Source: a virus. From it: DNA of 64,000 bases. Positions 9,614 through 19,458 of the stretch are shown piece by piece. Numbering within the stretch: position 1 is the stretch's first letter; each line of letters starts with the position of its first letter. The position numbers and the translations under genes are program-made. The notes beneath the pieces were generated by a model. That model saw nothing but the letters and a program-made list of their open reading frames with translations, was not told the DNA's origin and did no database searches. The stretch spans positions 13,336 to 77,335 of the IMG/VR virus record IMGVR_UViG_3300007770_000007; one strand, written 5' to 3'.

Positions 9614-12600
9614 GTGGCTCCTCGTCACCCAAATCCTGAAGCGGTAGCGACACTGAAGCAGGCCGAGATGTCCACAGAGGCATCGGTGGCCTTGATGAAG
9701 TGGCTCTCCCGAGTCACCCGAAAGGCCGGGGTAGCGCAGCACGTCTACGTCGTCGGCGGTGCCGTCAGGAACTTCCTGCTTGAGAAGCCCATCAAGGACA
9801 TAGACATGGTGGTGGATTCTCTCGCACTGCGCGGGAATCGTGACGCCGCTTGGGTGGCGCAGCAGGTAGCCCGTGCAATCCCCGCCCCTACCAAGGTGTG
9901 GACCGATAGCCTGATGGTTTCTCATATCACTGTGGAGGGTCCTTGGAGCCTTGACGGCCATCAGATGGAGGGGGAGGAGATCGAGATCGTCAACGCTCGC
10001 TTGGAGGAGTACGCGGTTGACCCCCAGACAGGTGAGTACACCGGACACAAGCCGGAACGGGTCGAACCCACCACGATGGAGATCGACATTTCTCGCCGCG
10101 AGTTCACGTTCAATACATTGATGTGGACGCTGCTGTCGCTCGCCAATGGCCCTGACAAGGCCGAAATCATTGACCTCACGGGGTGTGGTCTAAAGGATCT
10201 AAAAAACCGCGAGATGCGCTGCCCTGGCGACCCCGACGAGACATTCGCGCAGGACCCCACCCGGATCATCCGCACCATCAAGTTCGCCTTCAAGTACGGC
10301 ATGAAGCTGCCGCCCGACGTGAAGGCAGCAGCTATCCGGCAGGCCAAGGGACTCAAACGCATCCCTTCCAAGACCCAGAGCATTCTTCAGAAGATTGTGT
10401 TGGATAACCCCCAATACAAGAAAGCCCTTGATGTCATGGATCGCCTTGGCGTGAACGCAGTCATCAAGGAGATAATGCTGGAGAACAAGCCCTTTCGGTC
10501 CTTTATGGAGAGCCACGCCAGAAAGAAGGGTGTTGCTTACATGCTTGATCTGATGGACGTGGGCATCCCTGTAGGCGCTCCAATCTCTTTCCTTGATGCA
10601 GCGCAGCAGAAGCGTTTTCGGGAAGTAACGTCTGTTATGGATCGTGACGCCGCTTTGGATTTTTTGGGTATGTTGCGCCAGACGGGCAGTGCCTTGGGAG
10701 GGGCTACCCTGGCTTTGGCGCAAGAGCACGGCTATCGACAAAACGAAATGCGGGATTTTTCACCCGTCTTGAATAGGGTTGTGCGGGACCTTCTCCTCGA
10801 AGATCCTTCTTTGGCGGCTTCTTCATCGAGGCTCGTTCAGCGGGTTCGTCGGGAACTGCCTCGTCAACTGCCCCGACGGGCAAGCTCTGCTTTGGTTTAC
10901 GGCACCCCTTCGGATGCCGACCGCGCAACTATGGAAGCCCCCACTCCCATATTTCCCCTCGCGTTCGAGGATTTTCACCTGATCCCGCCCCCCGACCAGG
11001 AGGAAACCCTTGAGGAGCTTCAAGACCTACGCGAACTCGCTGAAGAACAGCGCCCGGAAGCTGAAGAGTTCATCAAGGAGTCTGATGGGGAGATTCTCCA
11101 TCTCTTTGATCGTCTGTGGCGCGATCATGGTGTCCGAGTCGATAAGAGGTGGATGCGAGAGATGGTCAAACAGGCGAAAACCCACGTCGCCAAGCTGAAG
11201 TGGCACTTCAATCGCCCACGTCCATATCAGGTAGGGGACGCTATCGGACAGCCCTTCGAGGCACTTGCTTCAGAAACGGCCCACTCCCCTTCGTACCCAA
11301 GCGGTCATGCCATCCAAGCGTTCCTCTTGGGAGAGGCATCAAGCCGCCTGGACCCCGAACATGCGGCTGAATACTTTGATTTGGTTGACCAGATTGCGTG
11401 GGGTCGGGCGCAAGCAGGCTACCACTGGCCCAGTGACATCCTCTACGGCGTTGAAGTTGCTGACCATATGGCTGACTTCATGGATGTTCCCGAGGCTTGG
11501 AGTCCTCGCGTGGCGCGGATCATGGAGAGGAGGGCTTCACACGCCCTACAGAGGCATCGCTGGGCCAAGACGTTCACCGTCAACAAGGGCGATCCTATCT
11601 GGTACGGGAAGTATAAGAACAAGCGGGGGATCATTGATGGGTTCAGCACCAACGAGAAGGGTGACGTGATCATCACCGTCGAACAGGTGCCTAATCCAAC
11701 TGGCCGCAAGCAGCCCAAAGAGTTGAAGCTGTTCCGGGTGCGCCCCCGAGAGGTGGAGGAGGGCAAGGAGGCAAGCCCCCGTCGCGTCGTAGCCAAGTAC
11801 AAGAGCAAGAAAGAGGTGCCCAAAGCAGACGGCAGCGGGACCACCACTGTTTACGAGTACGGCCCTCGGCAGGTAGCCCAACGCCATAAAGAAAAGGCCA
11901 AGAGATTGGAGGGGTTGAAGGCATCCCTTTCTGATTTGAGGGGTCAGGTTTCGGAGGACATGGTGTCAGACGACCCGGAGACGAGGCTTACGGCTTTGGC
12001 GGTGGCGTTGCTCGACAAGACTTATGAGCGCGTGGGTAACGAGAAATCCGCTGATGATCGTGGCCATTTTGGAATCACGACCTTGCGGGTCAGCCACCTG
12101 GACCTGAAGGACAAGAAAGCCACCTTTGAGTACGTTGGCAAGAGCGGGGTGAAGCAGAAGAAGGTTGTGACGGACCCTCAAATCATTGAGGTTCTCAAAG
12201 CGGCAGTGGACGGAAAAGAGGGTGACGAGCGCATTCTGTGCGACGGCGATGATTGTCAGATTCGAGCGCGGCACGTCAACGGTTACCTCAAGCCGTTTGA
12301 CATCACGGCCAAGGATCTTCGGGGGCTACATGCCAATGAGGAGATGCGTGTTCGGTTGAAGGATGTTCGCAAGAAGGGCGAGAGCCTTCCCCGAGGTCGA
12401 AAAGACCGAGACAAGATCCTAAAGGCAGAGTTCAAGGAAGCATTGGAGGCGGTTGCAGAGGCGGTGGGGCATCAGGCATCCACGCTCCGGTCCCAGTACC
12501 TCGTGCCAGGGCTGGAGGACTTCTACATGAAGGACGGGACTGTTATTGATGATTTGGCCAAGGCTGCCTCTCTGGGTCGGGATGCAGGCTTTCGTTCGTG

Positions 12601-14755
12601 GCTCATGGGGATCGTCAGTAAGTCCACGGTGGTCAAGGCGATCTTTGAGTGGGGTGAGCAAAAGCTGGACGGCCCAGCGGATCTTCCAGGAGGGTTGGTT
12701 CCCGAGGGCTACATCTGGAAGATGGGCGGTAGTTGGTACGCCAGCATTGGAGATGGTTTCCGGGTCCAGAAATACAGGAGCGAGCGCGAAGCTACCCGAG
12801 GGGTTCGGTTCTCGCGTGTGGCTCATACGCTTCTCCTGAAGCAAGCCACGAAGTCTGAAGCAGAGCGTGAAGAGGAAGAGGCCCAGCGACTTGTGCGTAA
12901 GTCCCCCAAGAAAAAGCCGCCTCGGGTGGACCTGGAACGCCGTCATGTCGAGGATTCGGATTCCGAAAGGGATCCCGATAAAGAGCAAGATCGGAAGGAT
13001 ACGTCCCACAACTTCAAGGACATCGCCGCCTCGATGGCCGCTCGGCGTGTAGCTTTTCGGTACAGGAAGGCCGAGGAGTTTACGGAGCAAGAGTGGAAGA
13101 CGTATAAATCCAAGCACCCAGGGGCCAATAAGGACGACCACACGATCCGGTCAATAGGTGAGGACGACGAGGATGGGGGTGCGTCCGAGGATACCTGGGA
13201 AGAACTTTCCTCTGATGAGCAAATGGATCTCTTGGCAGAGGGCGCAGGGACCGAGTTTGGGAAGATTCAGGACGAATACCCCAACACCACGATCACTGAA
13301 GAAGACGTCCAGGACATGATGATGGAGCAAGCTGCGGAAGGGGTGGACCCTTTCAGCCCAGCAGCGGCCAAGGAACGCAAGGACCAGATCAAGAGCCAAG
13401 CGGCGATGGATTCGGCGTCCAACAACCTCGTCCTCCTTACCCAGTCTTTTGGAGGTGACGGGTCCGAGAAGGTTGAATCAGCCCTTCAAGGCTTGAAGGG
13501 TGATGACCGGGCAACATTCCTTGAATCATATGAGAAGGCGCAGGAAACCGCCAAGGCGCGGGACTCTGCGGTTCGAGGCGACCCTGCCGCCCGTAAAGAG
13601 TTGCTCACCCTTGCCGAAAGCCTTGATGCGGTTCTGGCCTCCATCAAGGACGGAAACCCAGGCGTGATGGGAGAGGTGCTGGCGCTATTCGAGTATGCCT
13701 CGAAGGTTCTGTTCAATCCTTCCCTCATAGACCCCGCCAACCCAGTCTCCGATAGCCAGGGTGTCGTGACGGGCGACGACCTCGCGAAGTCGAAAAAGCG
13801 CAGCGCAACTCATGCTGCGAATGCCTTTGAACGCTTCAAGGAGGCAAGCCCCGAGGAACGCGCCCATTCCCGTGAAGCACTCGCCCAGCAGTTGGAGGGT
13901 CTTCCTGACGGGTCTGCCGCGAAGGTGGAGCTTCAAGGTGTTGTTTCAGGACTGCTTGCCGCGTCAGCTTTGCATGACGGGGAAGAGGCTACTGGCGTCG
14001 GACCTACGATGCAGCTTCTCGTCAAAGCACTCGATAAGGCTGGGGCAGCAGGTCCCGATGGGGCCTTGTTTGCACCGGTTGGGGGCGACCTTTCCACTCC
14101 AGAGGCGCAGGAGGGCATCCGGGCCGCCCTCACTGACGTGCTTGACGAAGACTGGGGAAGTTTGGTCGAGGAGGATGACCCCATCTTCCCTATCGCGGAG
14201 TTGTTGAGTGATGAATCCGCTGATTTGGGGATGGAGGATAAGCAGTTTCTTCGCACAATCATTGCTGATTATTTGACGGATGAAATCACGGTGGTGGAAG
14301 AGGCGACTCGCGAGGATCATCAAAAGGATGAGCCTACTACGGGCGACGTGAAGCAGAGCTTGAAGGAGCGCCGGAAGAAGGACAAGTCTCGGATGACGTC
14401 TGCCCTTCGGGATGCGAAAGGTCAGTTCTTGGACCAATCCGCTATTGACGAGGCGCAGGGTTCTGGGGCGAAGCAGGATGACGAAGACGCCGATACTTCT
14501 GCCGAGTCCGAGGGTGCAGGGTCGGAAGACACAGAAGAAAAGAAGGAGGAGGGTGCAGAGCGGAAGAAGGGATTCTTCGCCGCCCTTCTTGATGCCATCT
14601 TCCCTGATTCGAGAAAGGATAAATGGCAAGCCATCGTTGAAGGCGACGAGCCTGAATCTTCGACGGAAAAGACAGCCCTTGATCGTTATGATTTGCAGCC
14701 GTGGGACACTTCCAAACTTCCAACGGGAAACTCTGTCCCGTTAGATGCGCGGTAA
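9614..14755 (+). CDS. 1713-aa polyprotein: CCA-adding/poly(A) polymerase-type nucleotidyltransferase + PAP2 phosphatase/haloperoxidase + small SH3-like domain + DNA topoisomerase IB + acidic unknown domains
   Basis: NTase: VVGGAVRN…KDIDMV, RREFTFN, QDPTRIIR. PAP2: KWHFNRPRP, PSYPSGH, RAQAGYHWPSD. Topo IB: ERVGN, FGITTLRVSH, GKSGV, TAKDLR, VGHQASTLRSQY. Confidence 0.88.
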   Translation: MAPRHPNPEAVATLKQAEMSTEASVALMKWLSRVTRKAGVAQHVYVVGGAVRNFLLEKPIKDIDMVVDSLALRGNRDAAWVAQQVARAIPAPTKVWTDSLMVSHITVEGPWSLDGHQMEGEEIEIVNARLEEYAVDPQTGEYTGHKPERVEPTTMEIDISRREFTFNTLMWTLLSLANGPDKAEIIDLTGCGLKDLKNREMRCPGDPDETFAQDPTRIIRTIKFAFKYGMKLPPDVKAAAIRQAKGLKRIPSKTQSILQKIVLDNPQYKKALDVMDRLGVNAVIKEIMLENKPFRSFMESHARKKGVAYMLDLMDVGIPVGAPISFLDAAQQKRFREVTSVMDRDAALDFLGMLRQTGSALGGATLALAQEHGYRQNEMRDFSPVLNRVVRDLLLEDPSLAASSSRLVQRVRRELPRQLPRRASSALVYGTPSDADRATMEAPTPIFPLAFEDFHLIPPPDQEETLEELQDLRELAEEQRPEAEEFIKESDGEILHLFDRLWRDHGVRVDKRWMREMVKQAKTHVAKLKWHFNRPRPYQVGDAIGQPFEALASETAHSPSYPSGHAIQAFLLGEASSRLDPEHAAEYFDLVDQIAWGRAQAGYHWPSDILYGVEVADHMADFMDVPEAWSPRVARIMERRASHALQRHRWAKTFTVNKGDPIWYGKYKNKRGIIDGFSTNEKGDVIITVEQVPNPTGRKQPKELKLFRVRPREVEEGKEASPRRVVAKYKSKKEVPKADGSGTTTVYEYGPRQVAQRHKEKAKRLEGLKASLSDLRGQVSEDMVSDDPETRLTALAVALLDKTYERVGNEKSADDRGHFGITTLRVSHLDLKDKKATFEYVGKSGVKQKKVVTDPQIIEVLKAAVDGKEGDERILCDGDDCQIRARHVNGYLKPFDITAKDLRGLHANEEMRVRLKDVRKKGESLPRGRKDRDKILKAEFKEALEAVAEAVGHQASTLRSQYLVPGLEDFYMKDGTVIDDLAKAASLGRDAGFRSWLMGIVSKSTVVKAIFEWGEQKLDGPADLPGGLVPEGYIWKMGGSWYASIGDGFRVQKYRSEREATRGVRFSRVAHTLLLKQATKSEAEREEEEAQRLVRKSPKKKPPRVDLERRHVEDSDSERDPDKEQDRKDTSHNFKDIAASMAARRVAFRYRKAEEFTEQEWKTYKSKHPGANKDDHTIRSIGEDDEDGGASEDTWEELSSDEQMDLLAEGAGTEFGKIQDEYPNTTITEEDVQDMMMEQAAEGVDPFSPAAAKERKDQIKSQAAMDSASNNLVLLTQSFGGDGSEKVESALQGLKGDDRATFLESYEKAQETAKARDSAVRGDPAARKELLTLAESLDAVLASIKDGNPGVMGEVLALFEYASKVLFNPSLIDPANPVSDSQGVVTGDDLAKSKKRSATHAANAFERFKEASPEERAHSREALAQQLEGLPDGSAAKVELQGVVSGLLAASALHDGEEATGVGPTMQLLVKALDKAGAAGPDGALFAPVGGDLSTPEAQEGIRAALTDVLDEDWGSLVEEDDPIFPIAELLSDESADLGMEDKQFLRTIIADYLTDEITVVEEATREDHQKDEPTTGDVKQSLKERRKKDKSRMTSALRDAKGQFLDQSAIDEAQGSGAKQDDEDADTSAESEGAGSEDTEEKKEEGAERKKGFFAALLDAIFPDSRKDKWQAIVEGDEPESSTEKTALDRYDLQPWDTSKLPTGNSVPLDAR

Positions 14756-14764
14756 CGTTCCTAT
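14750..14764 (+). promoter_or_regulatory. Class B motif upstream of the protease/scaffold operon
   Basis: cggta-acgttcc-tat. Confidence 0.7.
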
Positions 14765-14807
14765 ACCTTCACCCTATGAGCGAGACTTGTGCTCGTGGAA
14801 TCCCTGT

Positions 14808-14844
14808 CCTTACAGGACCCCCTTACAGGACCCCCTTACTGGAG
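14808..14844 (+). repeat. 13-bp tandem repeat in a 5' leader, running into the RBS
   Basis: ccttacaggaccc x2, then ccttactggag. Confidence 0.8.
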
Positions 14845-14851
14845 AATCGTC

Positions 14852-15913
14852 ATGGCCGACAACCTTACCCGGAGCGGGGCACGGGCCTTCACCGAGACCC
14901 TTGACCGTATCGCTACCGCCGTTCAACACAATGCAGCCCTTTTGGGCCTCCCCTCGAACATTGCCACCGACTTCGCCTTCCGCTGCGATTTGGTTAGCGA
15001 TGCGGTGGAGAAGCAAGCGGCGGCCAACTTCCCTTTGAAGCAAGCTGACTTCAACGCCGATGAGATTGGCGAAGAGGTTCCGGGTCCTTTGGTTGATGAT
15101 CCTCCCAATGCACAGATCGATGAACACTTCACCCAAGAGAAGTTCCACGAGCTTACCGAGATGGCAGACGCCGAAGAAGCCGCCGACAAGCTGGCTTCTC
15201 TGATGGAAGAGGCAGACCGCGTGATGGAAGCCGCGATGCCCACCATCAACGTCCAAGGATTCCGGGGCTTTACGGATCAGGTTCGCCGTTTAGACGAACT
15301 CTCCACCGAAATCGAGATGCTTGAAGCAGAGCTTGAGGCCGCCACCAGCGGCCTTTTGTCGCGCAAGAAGGATCTCGACAAGGAGATGAAGGCCGCCGTT
15401 GAGGTTCTCAAGAAAGACTACAAGGAGAATCTTTCGGCACAGGGCAACGTCATCATCGAGCGCAAGACCGCTCTGGTGGACGCCCAGGCAAGGTTGGCAG
15501 TCGTTGCTCGCAGGCGCACTCCGCAGAAGGTCCGGGATGAACTCCTGGCCGCTCTTGCCGAGGAGTACGGTGAGAGTATTCGTCAGCGCCTTCCTGAACT
15601 GGAGAACGCACTGCGCGAAGAAAAGAAGACTATGGCTGTCGCCTTCAAGGGATTCGAGCTTGAGATGCGTACCGCGTCCGTTGCTGACAAGAACGCTGGT
15701 GTCCTCGACAAGCTGGTTCGCTTCCGCGAATGGCTCGTTGGTGGCCTGAAGCGCATTGTCGGTATGGCAGAGCAGGCCACTCGTCTTTTCAAGGGCGTGG
15801 GCCGCAAGATGGAGAAGGACACCTCCATGTTCCTGCGGGAACTCGACCAGTTCGAGTCCGAGATGGGCAAGGCTGCCACCGAAGTCCACGGTTTCGATTT
15901 CTTTTCCGAGTAG
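14852..15913 (+). CDS. Coiled-coil hypothetical protein (candidate prohead core/internal protein)
   Basis: Likely start MADNLTRSG at 14852 after GGAG; KQAD, RTAS, KNAG, KAAT motifs. Confidence 0.7.
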   Translation: MADNLTRSGARAFTETLDRIATAVQHNAALLGLPSNIATDFAFRCDLVSDAVEKQAAANFPLKQADFNADEIGEEVPGPLVDDPPNAQIDEHFTQEKFHELTEMADAEEAADKLASLMEEADRVMEAAMPTINVQGFRGFTDQVRRLDELSTEIEMLEAELEAATSGLLSRKKDLDKEMKAAVEVLKKDYKENLSAQGNVIIERKTALVDAQARLAVVARRRTPQKVRDELLAALAEEYGESIRQRLPELENALREEKKTMAVAFKGFELEMRTASVADKNAGVLDKLVRFREWLVGGLKRIVGMAEQATRLFKGVGRKMEKDTSMFLRELDQFESEMGKAATEVHGFDFFSE

Positions 15914-15922
15914 GAGTCTCCG

Positions 15923-16489
15923 TTGAAGACCGGCACTAACAACGTCAACTGGCAAGAGAGAGCCACAGAGTTCTCTGTCGGTGATCTCGTGGGAATCTTC
16001 GGAGCCTACGAGTCTCAAGCAGGCCGCGTAACAGCGGTCTGGCCTGCTATTGGCATGATTGATGTTGAAATGCCTAACGGCAACAAGCGGTTCCCTGCGG
16101 AAGACCTCCAGCGTTACGACGGCAACGGTAACGCAGCCCCGCCTACCACAGACTCTGCTCCGGGAGGCCAGCCTACGGTTTCGGTTCCAGGAGGCCCTTA
16201 CGGTAAGAGCGCGTCTGCTGAAAGAGTTGCTGAAGCAGCCGTGCGTAGAGCTTTGTACTGGGCATCCACGGATCGTAAGTACAAGTTGACCCGCTCTGAA
16301 AAAGACGGTGGGGCTATCGGTTGTCCCAAGTGCAAGGAAGGCTCCCTCAAGCGAGCAATCTACAAGCGTAGGGACGGTGCCAGCGAGCGCCTGATGGGAT
16401 GTCCTGGGTGCATGTTTCTCATCAAGGAACTCGATATTGTGAACTTCCTTGGGGATAACGCTGAACTTGAAGTCGGAGAGGAGGGTTAG
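15923..16489 (+). CDS. Hypothetical protein with SH3-like N-terminus and C-terminal Zn ribbon
   Basis: FSVGDLV…GRVTAVW; CPKC…CPGC; KSASAERVAEA linker. Confidence 0.7.
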   Translation: MKTGTNNVNWQERATEFSVGDLVGIFGAYESQAGRVTAVWPAIGMIDVEMPNGNKRFPAEDLQRYDGNGNAAPPTTDSAPGGQPTVSVPGGPYGKSASAERVAEAAVRRALYWASTDRKYKLTRSEKDGGAIGCPKCKEGSLKRAIYKRRDGASERLMGCPGCMFLIKELDIVNFLGDNAELEVGEEG

Positions 16490-16491
16490 AC

Positions 16492-17904
16492 ATGGCTTTT
16501 GCCAAGTACGCCAAGGCGATGGTCCTCCATCCTCGTGTCAATGCTGCCTCTTGGGGCGGTATGCAGCGTACTGCGTCTTCTACCCCCACCCGCGACCTCT
16601 CCGCGCAAGCCACCACGATTCTCGGCACTCCTTTTAGCCCGGACCAGTACCTCCTTACCCACTGCACTATTGTGGGATCGGTTGAGGTAGAGAAGGTAGC
16701 GGGCGCGAAACTCGGGAACGTCAAGATCGGCAGCCGTACCATCAACCGTAAGTACGCCGACTACTACATCTCCCCTGAATCATCCGCGATGGTGAACAAC
16801 AACGGGGATTCCTGGAGCCGGGATGTCTTGCTGAAGTCTTACCGGACTTTCATCGGCTCCCACAACTTCCAGGAGCATGTCCAGATTGAGGAGCAGTCGA
16901 AGGGCCGCATCATTGATGCCGTAGCCCGTGACGTTGGCTCTTCGGTTTATATCGACATCCTCGTTGCCACTGACCGAAAGCACGCAGCACTTGTCCAGGA
17001 CATTGAATCCGGCAAGATTGCAACGCTCTCTATGGGCTGCACCACGGATTTCACCATCTGCACGAAGTGCGGTCATGTTGCCGCTGATGAGACTGAACTT
17101 TGCGACCATATTCGGTATGCGAAGCTCAACACTTTCATGGATGGCGGCGGCAAGAAGCGCGTGATTGCAGAGCTTTGCGGCCATCCCGACTACGATGAGA
17201 CGGGTGGCGTGACGTTTATCGAGGCGTCTTGGGTAGCGACCCCGGCCTTTTCCGGCGCTGTCATGCGGAACATTTTGAGTCCTGCGGAGGCCACCTCCCA
17301 GACCCAGAAGTTGGAACAGGTCCTCTCCGCGCCCCCAGAGGCATGGTCGCAGGACGCGATTGCGAAGGCAGCCTCTACGGTACGCGCCTTTGGTTTTGGC
17401 GAGGATGATGAAAAGCCCGCCGAAGAGGCACCCGCTGATTCAGGGAAGCCTTTCACTGACATCGAAGACCAAATCTACGACATGGTGAAGAAGCGCGTTC
17501 AAGAGCGCCTTCAGAAAGACATGGCTGATTCCAACGTGGAAGAGCAACTGGATAACCCAGGTCCTCCGTCCACTTGGCCCAACGACACCCTTCAAAAAGA
17601 GGGCAAGCTCCACCAGTACAAGACTGCTATTCAGACGGTTGTGCGGGTGGCGTCCTCTGACGTAGCCCTCGTTGACGGGGTTGCTGCGGTCAATGATTCC
17701 TACGGAGTCAAAGTTGCACGGGACATTTACCGTGCGGTTTTGGCTGCGGGAACCCCTTCGAGCCATCCTGACTTGAAGTCCTTTCTTGCTGCTCTTGGCT
17801 CCGCTACGGGTCGCAAGATGTCCTCTGCCGAAGTTCGGGTAGCAATCCGAGTCGGCTATCTGCTTTCCCGCCGGGCGAGCAAAACCACTCAATCCGTTAC
17901 CTGA
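16492..17904 (+). CDS. Prohead (capsid maturation) protease
   Basis: NNNGDSW, NFQEH…SKGRIIDA, LSMGC…ICTKCG…CDH, FIEASWVATPAF; lies before the scaffold and capsid genes. Confidence 0.8.
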   Translation: MAFAKYAKAMVLHPRVNAASWGGMQRTASSTPTRDLSAQATTILGTPFSPDQYLLTHCTIVGSVEVEKVAGAKLGNVKIGSRTINRKYADYYISPESSAMVNNNGDSWSRDVLLKSYRTFIGSHNFQEHVQIEEQSKGRIIDAVARDVGSSVYIDILVATDRKHAALVQDIESGKIATLSMGCTTDFTICTKCGHVAADETELCDHIRYAKLNTFMDGGGKKRVIAELCGHPDYDETGGVTFIEASWVATPAFSGAVMRNILSPAEATSQTQKLEQVLSAPPEAWSQDAIAKAASTVRAFGFGEDDEKPAEEAPADSGKPFTDIEDQIYDMVKKRVQERLQKDMADSNVEEQLDNPGPPSTWPNDTLQKEGKLHQYKTAIQTVVRVASSDVALVDGVAAVNDSYGVKVARDIYRAVLAAGTPSSHPDLKSFLAALGSATGRKMSSAEVRVAIRVGYLLSRRASKTTQSVT

Positions 17905-17923
17905 ATACACAAGGAGAATAGTC

Positions 17924-19246
17924 ATGAGTCGCGAACGAATGACCTGGACCGATGACAAGCAGGCTTCTGAAGCCCCTGCAACCCCGTCCGACAGCGAGGG
18001 AGCCGCAAGCCCCGCCGCCAAGGAAGACCCCGCACCAGAGGCTTATGCCAAGGGCGACACTGAAGAGTGGGCCGAAGGCAAGGACGAGTCTCCTGTGGTG
18101 GAAAGCGAAGCACCTGCTGTGCCCAGCGAGAGGCAGGCTGCTGCCATGCTTGAGCGCAAGGCTGCCAAGTGCATCCGTCTTGCAACTGCCATGCTTGGTG
18201 ATGGCGCTTCTGTAGAGGCCATCGAAGACCAAGCTCTCGCCTTTATGGATATGGACGACCGTGCCCTCCATTCTTCCCTTTCTCGCCTTGGCGAAGATGC
18301 AGAGAAGAAGAAAGAGGACGAGGAAGGCGCAGAGGCAGAGGCAGCAAAGACCATCCAAGAGGACAAGGAGCACGCTGCTGAAGCCAAGAAGGCCGATGAT
18401 TCTGCTGACGAGGCCATCGACAAGGATGATGCCAAGGCTGCTGAAGAGGATCTCGCCAAGGAAGCTACCGACAAGGAAGCTGTCGAGAACCGTCTTGCCA
18501 AGATCGAGGAAGCCTTGAGCATCCTTGTGGGAAAGAAGGCCGAGGATGACAGCGGCGACGAGGCTATGGACGACGACAAGAAGGCTTCGGGCCACTTGGA
18601 CGAAGACGAAGCCATGCTCGAAGCCATGCTTGCCGAGGAAGGCATGATGGAGAAGCCCGAGGCTATGGAAGACCCCGAGGCGATGCTTGAGGAGATGCTT
18701 GCTGAAGCAGAAGCCGAGGCTATGGCCGAGGAAGTTGCCGAGGCCATGTCCGCAGACCCCGGTGTTCCCGGTGAGGAAGCCCTCTACGAAGATGGCGAGT
18801 CGCATGATCCGGGCGACCATGATCCCGACGGCTTCGAGGAGTCGATGGTGGTGGACGAGGCTGTCATGATGGCAGATCCGGTTGTCGATGATCCGATGGG
18901 CGTCATGGCTCGCGACCTGGACGAAAAGGATAGCGAGATGCTCGCAGTTCTCTTCGGCAAGCAGGCTGACGACGATGACGACGAGGACAAGGACGAAAAG
19001 GAAGACCACGACGAGGGTGCCATCAAGGATGATGAGGACCACATCGAGTCCCTTGAGGAAGACAAGGACGAGGAAGAAAAGGACCTCAAGAAAGAGGAAA
19101 AGAAGGCGGCCCGTAAGCCCCAGCCTAAGAAGGCCAGCAAGGGCGCGAAGCGTCTTGGCGGTGTCTCCAAGTCGGCAGGCAACGAGGTCGGCAACCTTTC
19201 CCAGCTTTGGGAGTCTGCTCCCGACGTGAGCCGGTTCTTCAACTAA
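17924..19246 (+). CDS. Capsid scaffolding protein
   Basis: Highly acidic, Glu/Asp/Ala-rich; between protease and decoration/capsid genes; many K-x-A sites. Confidence 0.7.
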   Translation: MSRERMTWTDDKQASEAPATPSDSEGAASPAAKEDPAPEAYAKGDTEEWAEGKDESPVVESEAPAVPSERQAAAMLERKAAKCIRLATAMLGDGASVEAIEDQALAFMDMDDRALHSSLSRLGEDAEKKKEDEEGAEAEAAKTIQEDKEHAAEAKKADDSADEAIDKDDAKAAEEDLAKEATDKEAVENRLAKIEEALSILVGKKAEDDSGDEAMDDDKKASGHLDEDEAMLEAMLAEEGMMEKPEAMEDPEAMLEEMLAEAEAEAMAEEVAEAMSADPGVPGEEALYEDGESHDPGDHDPDGFEESMVVDEAVMMADPVVDDPMGVMARDLDEKDSEMLAVLFGKQADDDDDEDKDEKEDHDEGAIKDDEDHIESLEEDKDEEEKDLKKEEKKAARKPQPKKASKGAKRLGGVSKSAGNEVGNLSQLWESAPDVSRFFN

Positions 19247-19258
19247 TCCCAACCCTTT

Positions 19259-19294
19259 CCCCCAGGCGTGGAGGGCAACTTTCACGCCTGGGGG
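19259..19294 (+). terminator. Strong GC-rich hairpin after the scaffold gene (no clear U-tract)
   Basis: cccccaggcgtggag…tttcacgcctggggg. Confidence 0.5.
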
Positions 19295-19336
19295 GTCCAA
19301 GGTTTCTCCCTAACGGGACAAAAGGGACCTTCGGTT

Positions 19337-19351
19337 CAATAGATACTTGAT
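19337..19351 (+). promoter_or_regulatory. Class B motif variant upstream of decoration/capsid genes
   Basis: caata-gatactt-gat. Confidence 0.5.
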
Positions 19352-19458
19352 ACACCGTCTTATAGTTAGACGGTTTGCGTCTGGACTTGAAGGCATACGG
19401 CCCGAGAGTCTTTCATCACACCCCTTCCTGTAAACAGGGAGCACAGTCAGGAGAAATC

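Noticed and set aside
9614-14755. Inteins or an alternative genetic code explaining the long fusion
   Set aside because: No intein C/S…HN-C/S/T termini or LAGLIDADG motifs seen; genes end normally at TAA, TAG and TGA with tight packing under the standard code
14808-14844. Possible CRISPR-like repeat
   Set aside because: Only 13-bp units, directly adjacent, without spacers or cas genes
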